Positions 63,043 to 64,000 of a stretch of 64,000 nt of DNA are shown piece by piece; position 1 is the stretch's first letter; every line of letters begins with the position of its first letter. The notes below the pieces were generated by a model that searched no databases, was not told the origin of the DNA, and saw nothing but the letters and a program-made list of their open reading frames with translations. The stretch lies in contig JBBTSM010000003.1 of the NCBI GenBank assembly GCA_038064675.1, positions 102,663 through 166,662 on the forward strand, written 5' to 3'. The position numbers were made by a program, and so were the translations under genes. Source of the stretch: Patescibacteria group bacterium (GTDB lineage: Bacteria; Patescibacteriota; Patescibacteriia; UBA9934).

Positions 63043-63790
63043 ACTTCCCCAATTGTAGCGCAAGTTGCTCGAAGGCGATTGTGGAATTCCCGTTTCCCGC
63101 AATTCGCTCCCGTGTTTTGAGCACGGCATCGAGCGCTTTCGACGTGGCTCGACCCGATCGCTCCAACTCGGCAACCAACGCACCAAGGAGCTCATCAACA
63201 TCGAGAACGTCGCGTTTCCCAAGGCTTTGTGCGACTTTCAATCGATCAACAAGAGACGACGACGTGAGGTTTTTTACATCCTCAAGGCATTCTGGTGAAA
63301 CTGCACGGTCGATGTTTGGCGCAAACGGAATGGTGACGGTTCGCGAAAGGACTGTGGGTAACATAGACGAAAGCTCGTGAACAACCAGGATGACGACGGT
63401 TTTCCCCGCCGGTTCTTCGAGAGTCTTCAGTAGTGCATTTTGTGCCGCGGTCGATAACACGTTCGCGTCGTCAAAGATTGCGACCGTCTGACCGTAAACC
63501 GCCGACTGGCCAAGCCGAACCAGAGCATCCCGAATATCGTCTAAATCGTACGCTTTCGATCCGGAATCGCGAGTGATCGGCGCCATGCCAATGAAGTCTG
63601 GATGGCGTGAGAGCTCGTCGTTTTGGACCCCAAGAAGCCCCGCAGCAAGCGCGCGAGCCACCATTGACTTTCCCGAATGTTCTGCTCCGGCAAGCACCAA
63701 ACCGTGCGGAAGTGTACCGCGTTCCAGCATACCCAAAAGTGCTGAAATCTGAGGTTTATGCCCGGAAATATGCGAAAAGCTGTCCATCAT
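63035..63790 (-). CDS. holB: DNA polymerase III subunit delta'
   Basis: PHGLVLAG..SGK, HPDF, AAQNALLKTLEEP, LPTVLSR; lacks the usual Zn-binding Cys motif. Confidence 0.85.
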   Translation of the reverse strand: MMDSFSHISGHKPQISALLGMLERGTLPHGLVLAGAEHSGKSMVARALAAGLLGVQNDELSRHPDFIGMAPITRDSGSKAYDLDDIRDALVRLGQSAVYGQTVAIFDDANVLSTAAQNALLKTLEEPAGKTVVILVVHELSSMLPTVLSRTVTIPFAPNIDRAVSPECLEDVKNLTSSSLVDRLKVAQSLGKRDVLDVDELLGALVAELERSGRATSKALDAVLKTRERIAGNGNSTIAFEQLALQLGKYE

Positions 63791-63943
63791 ATGCTTGACT
63801 TTTCTGCGATTTTCTGCTATTCTACCCGGTTCGCTTCGTTTCCGATAGAAGCAAAAACTCAAACCGAGTGCATGAAGATATTCGTGCCCTCAGTGCGAGA
63901 TATCGCAGATTCACAATACAAAAGTCACTCGAACAGAGAACGT

Positions 63944-64000
63944 TCCACATTTAGACTAGTTTCGGTGCGCGTCGAGCAAAGCTCGCGAGACGTACTCAAG
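63944..64000. repeat. Palindromic GTAC-core element, copy 5 (truncated at the window end)
   Basis: Reverse complement GTACGTCTCGCGAGCTTTGCTC..GAAACTAGTCTAAATG matches the 3' half of copies 1 and 2. Confidence 0.7.

Noticed and set aside
1-64000. Alternative genetic code (UGA as Gly or Trp)
   Set aside because: Conserved genes such as pyrH and tpiA end in TGA at the expected length, and long ORFs are intact under code 11.

Overview
About 64 kb of bacterial chromosome. It most likely comes from a Patescibacteria/CPR genome; this is inferred from scattered housekeeping genes without operons, giant surface proteins, many orphan genes and apparently leaderless starts. The genetic code is standard code 11. 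Core genes: pyrH, hisS, rplU, rpmB, rpmG, pyrD, tpiA, frr, holB, an M16 peptidase, a MacAB-like ABC exporter, a WecA/MraY-like transferase, a type IB topoisomerase and four tRNAs (Trp, Thr, Tyr, Thr). Three large secreted proteins share a C-terminal module. The most unusual signals are non-coding: (i) an array downstream of tRNA-Trp in which orphan genes are separated by tRNA-3'-end-like motifs plus hairpins; (ii) GC-rich single-gene modules downstream of the Thr-Tyr-Thr tRNA cluster and elsewhere, whose flanks are conserved (up to 46/47 nt identical) while the proteins are very divergent; (iii) five copies of a ~120-bp palindromic element with a GTAC core; (iv) an attenuator-like structured leader before a GNAT gene. 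I saw no integrase, transposase, reverse transcriptase, CRISPR array or rRNA. All family assignments come from recognising motifs by eye, not from database searches.
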